Assembly: GCA_973895155.1 (NCBI GenBank)
Contig: OZ316899.1
Coordinates: 11,996,834-12,060,833 of the forward strand
Length of the DNA: 64,000 nt
Reading direction: 5' to 3'
From: Marsupella aquatica
Lineage: Eukaryota; Plantae; Marchantiophyta
Positions 60,256-64,000 of this stretch are shown in pieces. Both the position numbers and the translations under genes were made by a program. Under the pieces are notes generated by a model. That model was not told the origin of the DNA. It saw only the letters and a program-made list of their open reading frames with translations, and searched no databases. How positions within the stretch are numbered: the first letter of the stretch is position 1; each line of letters starts with the position of its first letter.

Positions 60256-61979
60256 ATGGGTGATAGCGACAAGATTGATCGGATTTCCCGCATTGTCATG
60301 ACGATGATGCGGAGTATAAGGAAAGAGGAGATTGAAGCTGAGAAAAAGAACAAAGATGCGGGCAGAACGACCGGTTGTCTCCAAGAGGTTTTGAAGGTAG
60401 AAGGGTAGTTCGATGGGAGGAATGTAGCAAGTTACGTGAAGCGTTACCTGACAATAGCAGCTATCTACAAGTTCAATGAGGATACAACCATGAAGGAGTT
60501 CCTGGTTCTGGTGGAGCCAGAGCTAACCTCCATGGTAAAGTTGATCATTGACTCGGCTGAGAATTGGGATGATTTGATTCCAAGATGAAGGAGGAGTTCC
60601 AGGCTGAGGATGCTGATAGAGTCACTCAAGCCACGTTTCTTGATTGGGTGAATGATCGTAATAAGAAGCTGAAGGGTCCGCAAGAGTTGCTAAGGGAATT
60701 CAAGCGTAAGGTGTCCCAGTTACCAAAGAGAGATGTTGGGATCATTGAGATGCAGCGCTCCACTCTCTTCTTGAGAGCAACGGATGAGGATCTTAGAGAG
60801 GAACTGGAAAATGCAATGGAGTTACTGGAGCCGACTAGGGTGACCTTGTCAAACGATTGGAACCAAGTGGAAAAGGCGATGTCAAAAGTGAGCAATTGGC
60901 ACCGAAGGCAAGAGTTGGACAAGGAAGCCGCAACTCATGAGCTGAAGGTCCCTGAACCGTTGTTGGCTAAGGCAAAACGGGAACTAGCCAAGGAGGAAGC
61001 GTTGCCGGTAATAGATGATCTTGCGAAAATGATGCAGAACTTGAAAATCCTGACTACACATTTGGCTGAAAAGCCGAAGGCTGGAAGCATCCATGAGAGG
61101 AGACGGGAGACCCAAAGCTGGCCATGCATGTGGTGCGACAATAAGGATCATGACAAGAGGGAATGTCAGGACCTGAAGGAAGCAGCTGATAAGGGGCTGG
61201 TCAAGTTCATCGGAGAGATTGGCCAAAAGAAGATATCATTTCCGGACAATGAAGAGCCGATTCCCTTCACTTCAAACAAGGGAGGGATGAAGGCATTGGC
61301 CAAGAGGCGGGCTGGTAAAAGAAGTGGAGAGGCATCCTCTTCACATGTGGAAGCAAACGTTTATGATATAGAGTTGGATGGCCATGTGATCGAGTCGGAT
61401 TATGTCTGTCAAAAGTCGGGATGGGAGGACCCGGTTCTGATCAATATGATTACAGTCAAAGTAGGAGCGGCTTGGGACATACGGGGGGACATAGAAGCAA
61501 ACTCTAAATGGAGGAAAACTGATGAGGATGATACCCCGTTGCAGTCGGGGGAACAAGAAAGACGGGAAACTTGTGAAAGGGAGAGAAAGGTTAGGTTCAA
61601 AGAGGAAGAGGACATTGAGAAGCAACCGGCTGCTGAAAAGCCGATTAGGAAGGATCCAGGTTGGGTGCTCGGAAGGGATTTGGATCAGGCCATGTATCCA
61701 AAAATGGTAGCCAACAAGTTTTGGAGCCAGCAGGCTCAGAGGTTTACCAATGCTAAGCTATTCGGGAGCATGAAGCGAGAGATCCAGGAAGCCATTTTGG
61801 AGAGGTCGAAGAGAAAATGGATATACAAAGAGGGACCTCATACCTTGATGGGGGAGGCCCAAGGATTGGACTTGGGTGGATTTCAAACTTATGCAACCAT
61901 TGCTGATGCGAAAGCTGATGATGAGTTTGAGGATGCGAAGAAGGAATTCAAGGAAGAAGCTGGAAAGAACGGAGTCTAA
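60256..61979 (+). pseudogene. gag: Gag, degenerate
   Basis: FDGRNV, EDADRVTQATFLDWV, knuckle CMWCDNKDHDKREC; stop at 60406 and frameshift near 60583. Confidence 0.75.
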
Positions 61980-62000
61980 CTTGCGCTTGACAATAGGCTC

Positions 62001-62600
62001 GTGGCCAGAGTCAAAAGTCGAGCAGCTGAGGTTCAGGTAAGGTTGTTTGCAGGTTTTGGAACGACAAAGGAAGGTTTCACTTACCAAGATGGGCACTGGG
62101 CAAGGGCTTGTCTAGAAGGCGAGTGCAAAATAAGGGGAATGAAAGGCAAAGTGAGGGCCTTATTTGACTTAGGTTCTGAGATTAACTTGATGTCTAAGAG
62201 TGTTTATGAAAAAGGGCAATGGATGATTGATAAGGAGTTGGTTTGGGCTGTGAATTCCATGAGTTCCATGAGGGATTTCCTTTGGGGTGGTTGTTTTGAT
62301 GTTATTGTGAAGTTCGGGAATGTGGCCCAATCTTGTAATATTTTTGTTCATGAACTATTGTCATTCCCACTCATTTTGGGCATGCCATTCATAACTACGT
62401 TGAGAATGGAGACCAAGGTACTTGATGATACTACGTACATGGTGAAGATTTGGAGTAGCGATGGGATCCAGGTGGTGCAATTCCCTACTGTGTTCCCTAG
62501 AAATGTGCAAAACCGGAAGGAATTGCGAGAACCAAGGACTGAGGTCGAGAGGAACTCTAACGAGGAAAGAGAACAGGGAAACAGGTTTGCGCACTACTGA
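62001..62600 (+). CDS. Retrotransposon aspartic protease
   Basis: VRALFDLGSEINLM and LILGMPF motifs. Confidence 0.75.
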   Translation: MARVKSRAAEVQVRLFAGFGTTKEGFTYQDGHWARACLEGECKIRGMKGKVRALFDLGSEINLMSKSVYEKGQWMIDKELVWAVNSMSSMRDFLWGGCFDVIVKFGNVAQSCNIFVHELLSFPLILGMPFITTLRMETKVLDDTTYMVKIWSSDGIQVVQFPTVFPRNVQNRKELREPRTEVERNSNEEREQGNRFAHY

Positions 62601-62842
62601 AGTTCGTGGAACAGCGGAGTGCTTGTGTTTTGGCTCCACAGGATAACAAGTGTTTTTCCAGTTTGTTTGTAGGTTGCACTCAAACTAGCAAAGTTACCTA
62701 TGTTGGTGGGAGTGAGATGACCAAGCAGCATAAGAGATATGTGAAAGAAGCAAGTCAGACTTTGGCTAAGTCTAATGAGCTTGATGATGATGAGAGTCTG
62801 GAAGGGGTTTTGGTGGAAACCGGATGTGACGAGCCACTCGAG

Positions 62843-64000
62843 AGGAGGCTTTTCACGGTGACAGCAAACAACAAACAGGAAACAGCAAATAGCAAACAGT
62901 AAAGCTCATAGCAGCAAATGTCTGCACCAAAAAATCTTCCCTAATCCGACATCTCTTGTAAAATGAGATCGAAACCTCTAAAATCCATCATTTTGAAACA
63001 CATCGTAATACTAGCGCCCAGCGCTACAGTCCTGAAATAGTCCAAAATACCCGAAACCTCATTCGAAACATCTATATGCAAAAGTATCCCCAAAAACATA
63101 TGTATACTAGCGCCCGACGTTAGTATACAGACCTCAATAACAGACTTAAAACAAAGATCAACTAAAGACCATCAGATGCCAATTGATGAAACATTGGGAA
63201 AGGGGGAAGTCGTATTCTAATATCACCCAACTGTAATACATCCCAAGTTAAGATTGTCCACTTCACAGAGGAAAGTTTAGTCAAAAAACAATGTGGACAG
63301 TCCGTCTCACTTTATAAACACCCATCAATATTACATGTGTTCACAATAGCGCCAAGCGCTATTTTGTAAAATAGCCAATATCTATATCCCCAAAATATAG
63401 TTTTAAAGTCTGGCTAGCCATCAAATTCTGAATCAGTCGAATCTCGTTCTGATTCTTCTTCACTACTTTGTGATCTATCAGTAGACTCAGCTTTGTCGTC
63501 TACATACTTGCTCGGGACGATGTCATCGACATAGCGATTCTTCATAAACTTTCTATCAGAGCCCCTTTTTAGCCTCAGGCCTTTGCTTTCCCAAGTCAGC
63601 ATTCTCACAGAATCTGCTTTTTGAGCCGCCTTTTCTGCATAAGAAGGCAAGACAAACGGCTTCTCCGGGGTTTCTATTGCATTCCTAGCGACTTTCCTCC
63701 ATAGTTGAAAGCGCTTCCAAAGATTCCACTCAGACCTGGAAAGTTGAATCCGATATCTTTAGTCGGGTCCGGGAAAATGGTGGAATGTTGGAGACACTAA
63801 CGTCACACTTAAAAAGAAAAAAAAGACAGGGAAGCTGAAGATCATTACTCAGAAGACTCTTCACTATCCTCAGATTCAGAAGACCCGAGGTTCACCACTT
63901 TCTTGGAGGCCCCATCATCTTTGGACTGTTGCGTACCATCGCCTCCATCATTGTCCTCGTCAGAATCAAAATAAAGAACAGCACGGAGTCTGTCTTGCTT
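62843..64000. mobile_element. MULE-type element copy 2, left end (runs off window)
   Basis: Collinear with 45509-46610, including the C-terminal exon ..PSYAEKAAQKADSVRM..ESDG/EFDG. Confidence 0.9.

Larger units (their letters stand above)
59410..62842 (+). mobile_element. 5' part of a gypsy-like retrotransposon (putative LTR ~59410-60057, gag, protease)
   Basis: Starts TGTCGTGA at the MULE right end; 78-bp tandem repeat 59451-59620; gag and protease downstream; cut by MULE copy 2. Confidence 0.65.

Overview
A eukaryotic, plant-type transposon nest with no intact host gene; a bryophyte or liverwort host is inferred from the retroelement and transposase families. Left half: a large CACTA/En-Spm element (5' TIR at 30819, minus strand). 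It carries a disrupted Tnp2 transposase and two host-like cargo genes: an intronless EDM2-like triple-PHD cassette and a tandem BRCT ORF resembling the DNA polymerase lambda BRCT. It is invaded by a Ty3/gypsy element (11113-19101) and an intact Bianca-type copia element with identical LTRs (23698-29490); a non-autonomous Bianca-type element (3821-6771) lies further left. Right half: (i) giant LTRs with a long ORF inside the LTR itself, clearest in the 4.7-kb solo LTR 48337-53038 (TSD GAGTC), of which the 1.2-kb LTRs at 11113 and 17905 are an internal deletion; related ORFs lie in three other LTR-like segments. (ii) A MULE/SWIM-type DNA transposon (45509-59409, second copy from 62843) whose accessory gene has a ParB/Srx-like DGNHR domain and a degenerate beta-class N4/N6 DNA-methyltransferase-like domain; its introns and termini carry repeated TAGCGC-NNN-GCGCTA palindromes. 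All family assignments come from motif recognition by eye; no searches were run.
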